Below are positions 1 to 15,357 of a stretch of DNA of 64,000 nt, piece after piece (within the stretch, counting starts at the first letter, position 1; each line of letters begins with the position of its first letter). The stretch is from Cystobasidiomycetes sp. EMM_F5 (lineage: Eukaryota). The stretch spans positions 124,001-188,000 of the forward strand of contig JBPGPT010000020.1 in the NCBI GenBank assembly GCA_051047955.1. The letters are read 5' to 3'. Under the pieces are notes generated by a model. That model did not search any database. It was given only the letters and a program-made list of their open reading frames with translations, and had not been told where the DNA came from. A program made the position numbers and the translations under genes.

Positions 1-758
1 CGAGAAAGCCCGGAAGAAGAAGCAAAAGAGAAAGCTGCGAAAGAGTAAATCTGCTGAAGGGCTTAATGAGGATAACGAAATGGAAGCGACTCAGGGTGGA
101 ACGAGAAGGCGCAGAGCTGCTGCAGAGCATAAGGCGTACCATACTTCCGAATTCATCGTCGATTCTGATGATGACCCTGAAGCGGACCGTGCGTTCTTCG
201 AGAAGGAAGCTGCGAGAAGAGCTGCCATGGAGGCCGGTACTGCGCATCTCATACCAGCTGCATCTCAGCCAAAGAAGAAGGGCAGGAAGAAGGCAGGAAG
301 GAATCAGAAGAAGCAGGGCAGCCAATTGCCATCTGGTGATTCTGATCAAGAGGACGGCGGAGACAAAGGTGAATCCGGAGTCATGTTGGTCGCAGGCTAT
401 AGCTGATGGTGTCGAGGTTACAGTAGCAGTTACCACTGGCGCATCCGACTCTGACACACTCCAGCCAACGCGAAAGGCTTCACAACTTGCAAAACCCCGT
501 CAGAGAATGAAGAAAAGCGACAAGGAAAGTAAAAACGCTGGCACGAAACGTAAGGCTCGAGTGCCGACTCCGCAGGCGGAGGACTCGGAGCAGAGTTCAG
601 AGCCTTCTGGAAGCTCGAGGATAGTGAAACGTAGTCGACCAGCTGCCTCGTCTGATGCTGGAGATGGCAGTGATATCGAAAACGCATCGCGCTTGGATGA
701 TGTTTCCTCGAAGCGGAAAGCTGGGCGGGTGGTTGTGGACAGCGAGGATGACGATTGA
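1..758 (+). CDS. 3' end of probable Tof1/Swi1 (Timeless-family) replication fork protection protein, partial
   Basis: Motif YHTSEFIVDSDDD..AFFEKEAARR resembles the fungal Tof1 C-terminal motif. An intron near 369-427 links to an acidic/basic tail ending VVVDSEDDD-stop at 758. Confidence 0.55.
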   Translation, partial: RKPGRRSKRESCERVNLLKGLMRITKWKRLRVEREGAELLQSIRRTILPNSSSILMMTLKRTVRSSRRKLREELPWRPVLRISYQLHLSQRRRAGRRQEGIRRSRAANCHLVILIKRTAETKVNPESCWSQAIADGVEVTVAVTTGASDSDTLQPTRKASQLAKPRQRMKKSDKESKNAGTKRKARVPTPQAEDSEQSSEPSGSSRIVKRSRPAASSDAGDGSDIENASRLDDVSSKRKAGRVVVDSEDDD

Positions 759-957
759 GGAGTGTACTACAGTCCAGTACTCATTGAGCGTTGTACTTTT
801 ATGCTTGACCCTGTTGACGTTCGATCGCGACCGGTCTGACAGGGCCACCTTCTGATGAACAACGGCAGGGCACCAACGGACTCCGACCACCTGTCAGCCT
901 GTTAACGAACCAGGAAATAAAGCGCACAATCACTTTAAAGCTGCAACAAAGCTCAAC

Positions 958-2758
<1,801 letters not shown>

Positions 2759-3117
2759 GCGTGTCTTGATGATACGCAATTTGCTAACTTTGGTCATACG
2801 AAGACTGCTGGATTGGACAGAACACCTCCCACCGTAATGATGGCGCATCTACTTGGCACGGTCTGTCATCGTGATCAGTAGGGAGTGTAGGCCGAATGAG
2901 TGAGATACTGTTCATAGACGATGCTAGATGGACTCCTGTTATGCAACGATTTGTTGTAATTTCTTTGCGATATTGCTTTGCTTGAATGCACCCACTAAGG
3001 AACGATGATGCCATGATCACCTCCACTTGCAGACGTGTACAGTGCAGTATTCTAGCCTTTCTGCGCGACCTTTCTCGTACGAGCGTCCCCAGATTTCGCC
3101 ACCAGCTGGACGTGCCT

Positions 3118-3598
3118 ATGTACCCTCGGCAGAAAGCCTCATTGCCGAGGCCGGCTGTGTTGGTGCTGTCGGACTCTTCATTGACGGAAGAGCCTGAAGC
3201 TCCTGTCTTCACGGTTCCGCATCTCCAAGCCCCTCAAAAGCAGCATATCAGTCATGATGAGATCCGTGGAGAGTATCGAATACAATCCGATCCAGCAGCT
3301 CCTCATCATCCACAATCCATGTCTCGAACGCGAGCGTGAGCTGCCATCAATCAGCAGCAGTGATTGGGCAGAGCTCAGCGAGGACGAGAAGCGCAACATT
3401 ATGCCGTTCTCTCCGCTCATCAAGCCTGAGACAAACAAGCTCCATCGTCATCGTCACCACGCCGCCAGCAAGATCGGACTCTTCGGATTGAGATCCGCCG
3501 CGGCATCTCGAAGCAAGATAGACGTCAGCAGCAGCCGAAGCTCCATAGATGGCTCGGAGGGCGCAGCGCCAAGCATGCGAGTTTACAAGCCAGCTTAG
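3118..3598 (+). CDS. Hypothetical small protein, structure uncertain
   Basis: Two overlapping protein-like ORFs (2986-3339, 3254-3598) fill the gap before the COG8 stop. No family recognised. Confidence 0.3.
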
Positions 3599-3661
3599 AT
3601 AATGCGTCAGTAGTAGCATCCGCCCTTGTAGAGTCACTCTTTCAATGATTTCTATCGCTGC

Positions 3662-5985
3662 TTAAGCTGCACTACTTTCATCTCCGTCTGATAAGTGACC
3701 GTTTTCTGATACCAATTTTGTTGTGGAGGGCGGCTCCAACGTGCCATTCACTGAGCTTGAGTGTGTACCGCCGACTTGAGCTGACGTGCTTTCGAATTGC
3801 TTCACTGATTTTACGGATGGTGACTGCTGTGAGTCTTGACCGTTTGTTCCGCCAACTTGGCCGTCTGCGTGATGAGGCGGAGGGTCATCGTTCTGCAACT
3901 TCGTGATACCAACGGCCTCTAAGCAATTTTGACAAAGTGCGTCCAGTCCATCGTTCTGTGAGGCCTGATCGTTCTGTTCAGAGACGTCCGAATACACTCC
4001 TACTTCCAAGCCCCATCGGCACCACGGGACAAGCGCTCGCGCGAATACAGCGACAAAGTGCTTCAGTGTAAGCTTGTTCGAGTCCGACTCGGGAGGGCCA
4101 TTAGAACTCCCGGGATTAGGAGACGTTATGCTGCTATTTTCTACGGCGGGGACGGCGAACTCCAAGAACTGTCGCAAGGTAGTGATAGAACTCTCAAGAT
4201 GTTGGATTTGAGCAGTGCGTATTGCCAAGTAGCTGGATGCAACGGGCATAAGACGGAGTTCGTTTAATGCCGTAACGTGTGCGTTCAGGAAGCGAGCCAA
4301 CGGTGGGAAGAAGACAATTGTAGGTGAAGGTTGTGACTTCGGGTTACCGGAATGGGAGACATCGATACTTTCGACATTCAAGCTGAGGATAGAATCTCTG
4401 GCTTCACTTGTGTATAAAGCTTCGAGCACGAGGCGCGCTTTGCCATCGCGAGCGCCTGACTGAGTACGAGCTCGTAGTAAGTCTTTGAGAAGGACATCTC
4501 CGGCAGCCTCGAATCGCTCGCTTGTGAGCTGCTCTAGGCGCCGTACAATGAGTGCATCGCACACAAAACGGAAATCGAAGCCGAATTTGGTGAAGGCGGC
4601 GCTACAGTACGCTAGTTGCGTCTGCAAAGATGCCAGAACCGATACGGTAGTTATGCGGGGTAGCTGTGATTCAAGCAGAGATGTAAGGGCAGCCAACGAT
4701 CGCTGCAGAAATAATGTGAGGAGGGTATGAGAAGTTTGTGAAATCGACGCAATCTGCTCTAATGTGGTGCTCTGCTGCTGCAAGAATAGCTCGCCGTATA
4801 TGTTGACCGTCTCGCCTACAATCTCGCGCCAGACTTCAATCCATCTTTTCAGGTAGCGCAGCCTATCATCGTTCGAAGCGCCTGAAGCTGCAGCTAGCTC
4901 GAGTTGGTGTAGCTGAGTCCTCAGGCAATCGAAACGACTGGCTAGAAACGTCAGGCGGAGCTCTTCTTCCGAGAAGGAATCCAACAAAGGTCCCGCTATC
5001 GTCAGGGATGGATCTCGTTTGGATACGGTATTCCGAGACATGCGTCTCAGTAGCGAGATGCTTCTGACGGCTGTCGGCAATTTCAAGCTTCGGCTGCGAA
5101 GGCCTTCGATTATACGGGCGCGTAGTGATTTAACTTCCGTGTCGACCTCTTCTCGTACTTTGCCAAGGAGGTTCCGCCGAGAAGGTTGTGGCGACTTTGA
5201 GGTCAGTAAGGCTTCGAGTTCGCGCGCCCGCTGTGCTAGTTCCATAGCTTCGTTCCACCACCCTCCCCTCACGCATGTCGACACGAGCCTCGGTATGCTC
5301 AAAATGTCCTCTATAGATGAGATGTGTGACCGCACCAGCGTCAAGCGATTTCTTGAGCCCGTCACAGGCGCTGTGGAGGCGGAGAAGGCCGTGCATGAGG
5401 AAGATAGCTGTAGCAGGTCGACCATGTCAGTTGTGGAGTATGACCTGGTGTTTTAAGCGGTCACCTACGTCTTCCGCGCACGTCAAAAGAGAGTCTAGAT
5501 TACTTTGCATCTTTCTGTCGGTACCGTAGTCAGTCTGTCTGTTCTGCAGAGCGTGCCCAGACAATCTCGAAGCCAACTTGCCCAAACCCATCCTGCACGC
5601 CGTCGACGCATTCGCCAACGCCCAGCAGATCACCCGTACTGCGGTAGCATAGATTGGCGAGGTCGGCATCGAGGACTTCGCTGTGCTTTCTGAGCTCGTC
5701 TGGCTCTTTCAGAATGTACGACAGGTCCTGGGACAGCAGCGAGCTGATATATCCGCGAGCGACTGGCGAGTTGAGCGCTGGCAGTGACGGCAAGGATGTA
5801 TTGCGCCCTTGTACGACAGTCTCGTGTAGCAGCTGCGCAAGACTGGGTCGCCGTTCTTCGCTGGCTTTACTGGGACCTGGCTCGAGAAACGCAGTACTTT
5901 GACGCGGTTCTGTGTCGAGGCTGATGCGAGACGTGCTCGCTACCGGCAGGCTCTCCATACTCGCAGTAGCAACAGCAGCAGTCAT
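3662..5985 (-). CDS. COG8: Conserved oligomeric Golgi complex subunit 8 (Dor1-like)
   Basis: N-terminal YISSLLS..LKEPDEL..LANLCYR, then ILSIPRLVSTCVRGGWWNEAMEL, LKLPTAVRSI, TQLAYCSAAFTKFGFDF and FPPLARFLNA. 587-codon last exon. Confidence 0.9.
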
Positions 5986-6364
5986 CGTGTCATGTTTGGT
6001 AGTTTCGTAGTAAACAACGAATAGTATGATTTTCGAACAGTCTTTGTTGAACGGCGGTCCGAGGATCTCGATTTGGCTCGAGATTGAGACCAGACCCGTT
6101 TGTCATGCTATACCGTCGCTCTCCAAGTCTCGTTGCACCTCCAATCTCCACGGCCATACCATCCGTTATCGCGTCTTCACGACCGAACCATATAGGTGCT
6201 TCTCGCGTAAATTTCCGTCGGAAGAGTGAGCGAACTGATCAGCAAGCTTGGGCTGTGAGAGCGCTCAATCAAGACTGGAGACTGCTCAAACACATCCGTT
6301 GTCCATATCGGTCGAAATGGTTGATCAGGGCAGCCATAATTTTAAGAGCGTCACGATGATCTGC

Positions 6365-8327
6365 ATGAGCTTGCGAGCTTGGTGAGAAAGCTTCGACAGC
6401 TGTGCTTCTCTGGCTGAAGATTAACCTGTGGACCCGAGTTGGATCCTGTCTCGCTGGAGCTGGAGCTGCGACGGGCCTCACGATTCACCTTCTGCCATGA
6501 TGCATAATGCCCCGTTTGCAGAAGCTGGTCGGGGTGAATGGTTGAGCAGATCCAAGGGGCGCCTCTTTCAACTCTCAAAGTCGGCACCGGTTCAGCATCC
6601 TCGCTACACCGCTCTCGGAAGCTTGACCTTCTTGCTTCTGCTCGTCGTGCTTATCGGTCGGAACGCACGTGAATCATTGCCTTCCTACTTTCCGGAGGGT
6701 GTCGTCAAAGAGCAAGCTCGCTTGGAGTCTTTAAGGGATGTAACTCCTCAACAATTGGCGTACACTAAAACCTACACCGAAGATGAGTGTCAGCAATTGT
6801 TTGGCCCGCTATATTTGTACGACCTTCATAATCCCGGTCAGCCATAACTTACAGTACTCTGCTACAGGGAATCTGACCGAGCAAAAGCATACTGGAAGTC
6901 ACAAGGAGGTATCACTCGAAAGCATGTGGACGACAGTCAAGGTCTCTCATCCGCACGCATACTGATCTTCGAAAATCAAGTACGCTCGCTCGTTCTTGTC
7001 ACTTCGTCATAGGGCTGACACTCCCTACAAGATGTACGTCAAATATTTCAACAATGGCCTCTTCAGCCGGGCATACGCTCAATTAGCGCTCTTCAGTAAA
7101 GTTCTGTCATAATCATCGTTAAGACACACCCGCTGATAATTTGTGTTTCATAGACGAAGCTGTAGTCTCGTCGAGAGAGAAACTCCCAAACATTGAATTC
7201 ACAATGAGCATCGGAGACTGGGCAAGGGGTGAACCTCTGCCGATCTGGGAGCTGTCGAGAGAGAATCGATCCGGAACAGAACATTCTTGGTTGATGCCAG
7301 ACTATGGCATGTACTCCTGGCCTGAACCTGGTGTAGGATCTTTCTCTGAAGTGATGCAGAAGACGGCAGCGCGAGAAAAAGAGATTGGCAGCTTTAGCAA
7401 GAAGGATCCCCGTCTCTTCTGGAAAGGTGGGCTTTACAACCACAGCTTCTTGACGGTACATGCTAACATACGCTTCTCCTCAGGCGCATTCTGGGTAAAC
7501 GGACTACGAGAAGCGTTATACAACAAGGTGCAAGGCAAGCCTTGGGCGGATATTCAAAACATGGACTGGGGCAATGATGCAGCGAACAATCGACGGACAA
7601 TTGACGGTCACTGCGCATACAAGTACCTTGGCCATATTGAAGGCGGCTCTTACAGCGGCAGATTGAAGTTTATTCAAATGTGCAGATCTGTCCTGGTGAT
7701 GCACGAGCTGAAATACGTGAGTGCAATCAACAGAGAACAAACGCAGCATATACTGACGTATCGGGTTTCGACTTTGTCTTTAGATCCAGTATGTGTGACA
7801 TTGATCAGACGATAGTATTTGCTGACGGTGCTTGCTGGTCGACAGACATTTCCACCACCTGTACGTATACGTGGCTTGGATTAAATTTGGTATCGCAGTT
7901 CCTGACACGTCGCCTTGTACAGCATGATCTCCGATGATTCGGCGGAGCAGAATACGGTAGTCGTCAAGGATGATTGGTCAGACATCGAGGCAACGATGGA
8001 AGACTTGCTGGCGAACGAAAGGAAGGCGAAACGGATTGCCGACAATAGGTGAGCTGGCTATGGAGAATGCAGACAAGTAATGTCTCATTACTTATCTCAT
8101 GTCAGCTACAATACATGGCGACATTATCACAGCCCTGCTGCCACAATGTGCTATATACGCAAGATGATGCGCGACTATGCAGAGGTGCAACGCTTCGAGC
8201 CGGAGCTGGGCTACGATGATACGCCATACGCTTCTTTCGAGTGAGTCGTTTTTAAAATTGCATGAGAACAGAGTCTGATGTGCGGCTTTACAGTCTCATG
8301 CGAACGACCGATTGGGTGATACATTAG
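6365..8327 (+). CDS. Glycosyltransferase family 90 (CAP10/KDELC-like), type II membrane protein
   Basis: Single TM segment (FLLLLVVLIG), LPNIEF, WLMPDYG.YSWPEP, LFWKG and HCAYKYLGHIEGGSYSGRLKFIQMCRSV. Many short introns. Confidence 0.88.
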
Positions 8328-8485
8328 GCTTTCAGGCAGTATTGATACACGCGAGCGAACCCTTCGGCGCACTTGTAGCTCGGAGATAGACGGTAAGGCT
8401 CCCTGTTGAGCTCGTTCATAGATGAAACACGCAATCGTAGATAGATTCCCCATTGTTGTTGCCAGAAATATCGGATATCCCATCC

Positions 8486-8812
8486 TTACTTGGACTTGCT
8501 CTTCTTGTCCTTGTCTTTCGGCGAGGCGTGGTCTTTCTTCTTGTTGTCTGGCATGAGTAAATCTATCAGATTAGATCCGCACTCGGCGGATGACTTCGTC
8601 ACCGGCGCACCCTTTTCAGCTGGCTTGTTCGTCGATTTGGCATCTTTGCCGTCCTTCTTGCTGCTACTCTTCTTGTCTGACTCGGTGTAACTATTGCCGG
8701 GACCAGTACTATGTTTCATGTCTTGCAGCAACCTGGTCGAGGAAAGAGGTCGTACTTGGCGGCCAACAGCAGCCTTGCCGAAGCGCAGTATGAGGGTGTT
8801 TGAAGCTTGCAT
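8486..8812 (-). CDS. Small Lys-rich hypothetical protein with mitochondrial presequence-like N-terminus
   Basis: 108-codon ORF. Arg/Ser-rich, acid-free start (RQVRPLSSTRLLQ) followed by a K/D/S-rich body. Confidence 0.5.
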   Translation of the reverse strand: MQASNTLILRFGKAAVGRQVRPLSSTRLLQDMKHSTGPGNSYTESDKKSSSKKDGKDAKSTNKPAEKGAPVTKSSAECGSNLIDLLMPDNKKKDHASPKDKDKKSKSK

Positions 8813-9206
8813 CCTGAGATGTGACTATGACTGAAGCACTCTGCGGTTAACTTGTTTCGAATTCAGCCAACAGCACATAATAATGCTTGGAATCTTGTTC
8901 GAGATCCGATGACGAAATCAGATTTGCAAGACTTACGTGACGGATGTGATGGAAGTCCGAACAGAGTACGAGGCGTCGCAGTCGCTTGCACAGATGAGAT
9001 TTGTCGTTCAAGCACGATGAGCAATTGCATCTATTTGCCACTCCAGCTTTCGATCCGATGGAGCCCCGCATAACGAAGCCCGTCCGATGTCTATGGGAGG
9101 CACAATTGAGATACCATATCTTACTACATCTCACTGCTCTGCGACCCGCACACGAATGCGCTCCCTACATTGCAAAGACTTATGAACGAACGCAGACTGA
9201 TTGCAT

Positions 9207-11215
9207 CTAAGCTCGCAGCAGGTCCATATCCCCAGAAAACGCCGCCGCGTTGAGCTCCGTGGCTCTGGTGCGCTCTTCTGCTTCTCGAGCGACCTTCGCC
9301 CAGTCATTGTGAGCGATGAGCCACCATAGACGAGCGATCACAAGAATCAGGCCAATACAGAATCCTCCCCATAGACCGAATAGACCCCAATCGAAAAGTA
9401 GCGCGAAGAGGGTTGCCAGCGGCATGCCGACCAGATAGTGAGCGGTGAGCATAGTGCTAGCGATTTTCATCTGCACAATTTGCGGTAAAGGTCAAGGCCC
9501 TAGCCAGTAGCGAAGGTCGGCTGTACTCACTGGTAGTCCGGCTCCTCTGAGAATGGCTGCGAAACAGTTCTGATATGCATCAAAAGCTACAACCACACAG
9601 AATGCTGGTATCTGTCATGATGGAAGTGAGCCGACTGGCCTTCGGGTGAGTAGGGAAGGGACGGACGACACGCTCGACGATGCCAACGACTTTCGGGTCA
9701 TTGGTAAAGAAGTCGCACCACGCATCGCTTAACATGAAGAGCACAAGGCCTGAGAACAATCCGATTGAGATAGACAGCCATACAGCAGTGTTTGCTGACA
9801 GCTGAGCGTCGGCGGGTAAGCCCGCTCCCAAGAAGTTCCTGGTGTACACTTGAGACATCAGCGAAGGCATGCTCGACGTCGAGTAGCAGCGTCTTCTCAC
9901 CCTATCCGAGTCGGTACAGCGTTGGATAAAGAGGCTGGAATAGCGCAAAGTGTCATCGTCGAAGTCAATAATACACCATTGGCGGCCAAGACCTCATTGC
10001 CCAATGTGGCCGCGACAAATGACAGATACTCCCAGGCGAACTGTCTGATCGATTTAGACTTGTTTGCGTAGAATCTCCGAGCCAACGAATAGACATACCC
10101 AGTCGCTGCAGGAGCTTATCACACCAGCGCCTCCAAGCTTGAAGACGATGTGGAGATCCTGACGAACCTGTTTGAATGGTGGAATACTTGCCCAGGTACT
10201 TGCATCAAAAACAATGTATGCATATACACACTCAGCCACGAACGCTACCGACCAAAATACGCCGAGGGACAGAGGCGGTGTATTTCTGTGTCGGACGTTC
10301 GCTGTCTAAGTACGGTCGCAAAATGAAGGCAACCTCATGAGAGTTATACGCACTGACCAGCAATGTTGGAGTAGATGACAAGCATGACAAAAGGAGTACC
10401 AGCTGCTACTGCCACGGCTGGACCGCCCATCTTGCCTTGGGCGGAACAGTATTTTCGTAAACCTTCGTACCCCACATATCCCTGTCCGAATTGTCAGCAG
10501 AGCACTCCAAGTCCAAGGTAAAGACGAACGGGTAATCCTAGTAAGGACCAGCGGATATATGTGGTCGCCAGGCGTGCTGCTTCGCTATCCACTCCTACGT
10601 ATTCAAATATTGGTCGAAATGACCAGAGTATCGGCAGTATGACAAGGTACGTAATGCCGATACACAAGACAACTCGTAGTGTGTACAGCATGTTGAGGTC
10701 CTGCGTTAGCGTGTCACTCACGCTCTGGCTGCCAACTGCCTGTGTCGAGAGCGTGTCGAGGGCGCTAGAGCATTACACGGGAGCAGTCAGAAGAGTTCGC
10801 TGATGGGTATCTCACGTATTTACCGACTCACGATGACATGCCCAAAATAATGGAATGGCATAAGATGTTTGTCGTGCTTGTTGCTGCGTAATATGAATAT
10901 CAAGCGTTTGCCATTTAAAACGAAACCAGCCTACGAACCTAGCGAAGCCGCGGCAAGACTGACGGCTCCGTAGCGACCCATTGCACTTATAGGAGCGAAT
11001 GTCATGCAATACCGCTGCAGGCCTTGATTGACGAGTAAAGGAGCCATGTATCTGGCATACACCCATAACTCTTCGCTTACTGTCGTTGTTGGCTCAGCGG
11101 ATATGCTACCGCGAATGCGAGGCTTGATGTCATTCGATATCTCTAATGAGGTTTCCTCCAGCAAAGCGATGGCCTCGTCTGCGTGTCTGGCATTGCCAGC
11201 GTCTTCGGCTGACAT
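9207..11215 (-). CDS. MATE family efflux transporter (copy 1)
   Basis: LAAASLG, ALDTLSTQAVG, RIGNFLGAG, ILRGAG and HYLVGMPLA..WGLFGLWGG across about 8 exons. Confidence 0.9.
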
Positions 11216-11800
11216 TTGTAGTCGTGCGCAAGGATTAGCGGAGACCCATCAAGCAAGGCGAGATCGCAATAATGTTAGTGATGCGCAGTAAGGCGAACAA
11301 GCAGTGCATTGTTGGCTGATAATGGAGTGGGCGGCAATCTGGAATCGGGCGTTGAACGTCTTCATCGGCTAGATATGGTCAACTGACGATAGGAAGCCCT
11401 GTTTGTTCAGAAAGTGTGGTCCCTCCGCAGCGGTCAAATTTGTCATACGATGTTTTGACGGAGTAGTGCGACAGCGGGCCTGCCCTTGTCGTTTGGTCGA
11501 CATGATGTATTCCCGCCTCGACAGAACACCCATGGTTGCAGCGAAGTCAAACGAACGAGGCCGAAGCATGGAATGTCAGCGCTACATGGATGGATGTTGC
11601 GCAGTAGTCGTCCTTCATCAATTGTTTAGAAAAAGCAGGTAAGTCAGAGTCTTGCCCTCTTACCCCCGCAAGGCTCTTTCTCGACTTTCTTGTAACTGTA
11701 AAATGCGCTACACTCCTCTACGTATTCCAAAGCCGTACGCTATAGGATAATTACTTGCTTCGTGCGACTACTTGTCTACAAAGATGTCTTGACTACAACT

Positions 11801-11833
11801 CAACTACCTGCAACCACCTGCAACTACCTGCAA
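11801..11833. repeat. Tandem 10-mer CAAC(T/C)ACCTG, about 3.3 copies
   Basis: caactacctg caaccacctg caactacctg caa read directly. Lies just past the stop of MATE copy 2. Confidence 0.85.
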
Positions 11834-11854
11834 AGCCAAACTGAACTTTCGAGA

Positions 11855-13915
11855 TTATGGCAGCGTCTCATCCCGAGACAGTATTTTGACAAGAGTGTCC
11901 GTCTCCTTGACGTGATCTTGCGCCTTCCGAGCCGCTTCGACCCAATCATTCCGTTCGATGAGCCACCACAAACGAGCCACGACCAGCGTTAGGCCAACAG
12001 AGAAGCCTCCCCAGATTCCAAGCAGTCCCCAGTGGAAGCCCAGCGCAAACAGTGTTGCCAGAGGCATCCCGCAGATATAATGACCAGTAAGCATGGCCGA
12101 AGCGATTTCCATCTTGTTGCGGGTCAGATGTCGTCAGTCGTGGTTTCCCGAGAACCAATGTGGACTTACCGGTAAGCCCGCGCCGCGCAATACTCCCCCA
12201 AAACAACCTTGATATGCATCGAGCGCTACGATAATGCTAAAGAACGGAAGCTGCGGCAGCGATTTCAGTCATTATGTAAAACAGACAAAGCCTAAACCTA
12301 CCACTCTTTTAACGATGTCGGCAACTTTCGGATCATCCGTAAATAGACTGGTCCATTGATCGCGTACTAGGAGAAGGATGAGACCTCCCACCGCGCCTAT
12401 CACGATTGACAACCATATTGCCGTGCGGGCGCTCAGTCGCGCATCTCCAGGTTGCCCAGCGCCGAGGAAGTTTCTAATTTGGCAGGATTCAGTAATGTGA
12501 TTGATGATCACCACGTATCAAGCGAGCAGCTCACCCAACTCTTGTTGGTGTCCCGTTCATCAGAGCCGCAGGCAACGCGAAAAATGTGGTTGCGGAAGTG
12601 AGCATGACGGCATTTGCAGCAAGCATGTCGTTGCCAAGCCACGCAGACACGAATGTCAAATACTCCCATGCAAACTGTACGAATCCCATATCAGACCTGT
12701 CCCTCTGCTATATGATATGCATCGACCTACCCAATCGCTGCAAGAACTAACAATGCCGGCTGTGCCCAGCTTGAACACAATCTTGAGATCCTGTCTAATT
12801 TCGTGGAATGACGGAATGTGCTTCCAGGTGTGGGTGGGAAATACTAGGTATGCCCAAACGGCTTCGGCCGCGAATGCTGTATTCCAAAATATACCCAGTG
12901 ATAAAGGCGGTGTATTGCTGTCAATGTCGAGATATCTCAGTCTGCGTAGGAGATGACACGGAGCTTGCGATATATTCTAGGCTTACTGGCCAACGATATC
13001 GGAGTGCACCATCCAAATGAGCAAGGGAGCAGCTACAATGACTGCAATGGCTGGACCAGCCATCTTGCCCTGCGCTTGACAGTACTTTCGCAGACATTCG
13101 TATCCTACATAGCCCTGATCGCGATGATTGCTAATCAGCCTAGATAGCATGTCCTTTAGGCTGTTTGACATACCGGCAAACCAACGAGCGAATATCTCAT
13201 ATACGTCGTCCCCATCAACGCAGCTGCCTTCTCGACACCCAGCAGCTCAAATATCGGCTGAAAGTACCACAGCATTGGGAGTAGGAAGACATATGCTATG
13301 CAGATACAAAGCAGGACGCGGAAGGTATAGAGCATGTTGAGATCTCGCGCTTCTCCGCCGAGCAGATGCCGCCCGCCGACAGCTTGTGTTGAGAGCGTAT
13401 CGAGAGCGCTGCACGAGCTTAACATTAGAATAGCTAGCACGACGGATGGCCCCCACTTACGATGTCATGCCTAGGATGATGGAATAGCATAAAATGTTGA
13501 TTGTGCTGTTGCCTAATCACGAGATGATTAGCTTCATATAATTTCGAGGATTCTCATTATACTGACCGAGCGACGCTCCGGCTAGTTCTACAGAACCATA
13601 CTGCCCCATTGCTGTAATCGGGGCAAAGGCTATACAATACCTCTGTATTCCTTGATTAACCAAAAGCGGTCCCATGTACGTCGCATAGACCCATAATTCC
13701 TTCGTCACTGTGGTTGTTGTCTGCATCGAGTGAATTAAGCGAGGCGGTTTCGCCAGCACGGGCGTCGCGGATGGAGTATCAGCTTCCAGCATATCGATCT
13801 GTGCGTCGATATCCGCCATGTCATCGCTCGTGTTCCGCACATGATGGTAGCGAGCTTGAGGTCCGGCGCCAGTCAAATTGGCGAGACTGTGCCGTATCCG
13901 CTGCACAAACGACAT
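11855..13915 (-). CDS. MATE family efflux transporter (copy 2)
   Basis: Same motifs and exon layout as copy 1: ELWVYA.YM.PLLVNQG, QGYVGYE.LRKYC.AQGKM.GP, NFLGAG, HYICGMPLATLFAL. Confidence 0.9.
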
Positions 13916-14225
13916 TGCGGCAGAGTGTTGCCCACAACGCTGGGCTTTTCAGAAGTTGGAGGGAGTTTGTCAGTCTGAGCGGAGCCATTCAACACTTTGT
14001 CAAACGCTGTCAGAGCCTTTCGGCTAAGTCATTCTCGAATCGATCATGATGCGAACCGAGACGGCTCGAAGCGATTGGAGGGATTGTAACATGCCCAAGT
14101 AGTGTCCGAGTCTCTTACACCTCACAGCTTTACTCTCTGCCACGTATTCCCCGGAAGCTACAAAATTGTCATTCGTGTATAGATAGTTGGCCATTTACGC
14201 GTCCAGTTTCCTGTCTTCACCCACC

Positions 14226-15038
14226 ATGAGTGCGCAGAAAGATGCAGATGATGACGGGGCATCGCCCATCCAGCAGCTGCTGTACGCTGCAAAGACGGAC
14301 AGCCTAGAGCTGGCAAAGTCGTGCCTCGACCATCCGAAACTGGGCGACGTCAACAAGCCAGATGGGCTGGGGTGTACAGGTGAGAGCGGGCAAGCGAGTG
14401 GGTGCACTGGGCAGTTCTGATATGAATGCTGCAGCTCTACACTATGCGTGAGCTTACTGATTGAAGTGTCCAAGCCATTCGTTGCTGAAGGACGTTTTGA
14501 CGTCGATAGGGCGAAGGGCCCGTCGCCAGAAGTGCTCGAGGTGGGTAATAAAGACCATTCCTCGCACATCGATGCTGATGATGTGGCACCACAGCTCCTG
14601 CTAGAATTCGAAGGAACAGACGTGGACCCGCAGGACAAGCTCGATGGTAACACGCCGTTGCACTATGCGGTACAGCTCAGTCACCCAGACGCACGCAGCT
14701 GGACTGTGAGGTCTCTACTTGACGCTGGTGGGTGTGCTGTGACGGACAATATATCTTGCGCGAGCTCACTATCGCTGCGGTTCTGTACACACAGGCGCCG
14801 ATACGCGGATAACAAACCGATACAAGCAAAAGGCGGTGGATCTGCTGCCGCCAGATTCTGAACTGCGGAAGGATTTGTGAGTCTGTGCTTTAATTGGGCG
14901 TGTGAGTTATGCGACTGACGTTCGCGCGTACGTAGTGAGCGGGCGGAAGCGGAGGCAGCGCTGGACTCTGGAGACTTGGTTGCAGCAGACGATATTGCAT
15001 CAGACGGCGAAGAAGGCGGAGAGTCTGGCGAAGATTGA
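14226..15038 (+). CDS. Small ankyrin-repeat protein
   Basis: DGLGCT/ALHYA and DVDPQDKLDGNTPLHYAV..VRSLLDAGAD ankyrin motifs, with an acidic tail. Confidence 0.85.
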
Positions 15039-15357
15039 GGGAGTATCCTGGAGTACACTAGACAGCTTGGACAGCCTCTGTTCCATTTACGACGTTCGCA
15101 TTGATTGGTTTACAAATCCGCAGCATGGCATTCGTTATTCCTTTCTACTGACGCAGTCCATCTGCACACATTCAAGACAGAGGATGCTTCAGAGATGCTC
15201 GAGCTTCGATGGAATCACCTTGTTTGGTGTTGGCTGATGGGTCTATCTGCGTTTAACAGCGTGGCCACGATTGTTTTGTTTACGTCGTCTTCGCCCCTCC
15301 TGCGGCTCATCCTGCTCGTCTCGCTCACTCCAACATCCACAACCTCCAGACATCAAC

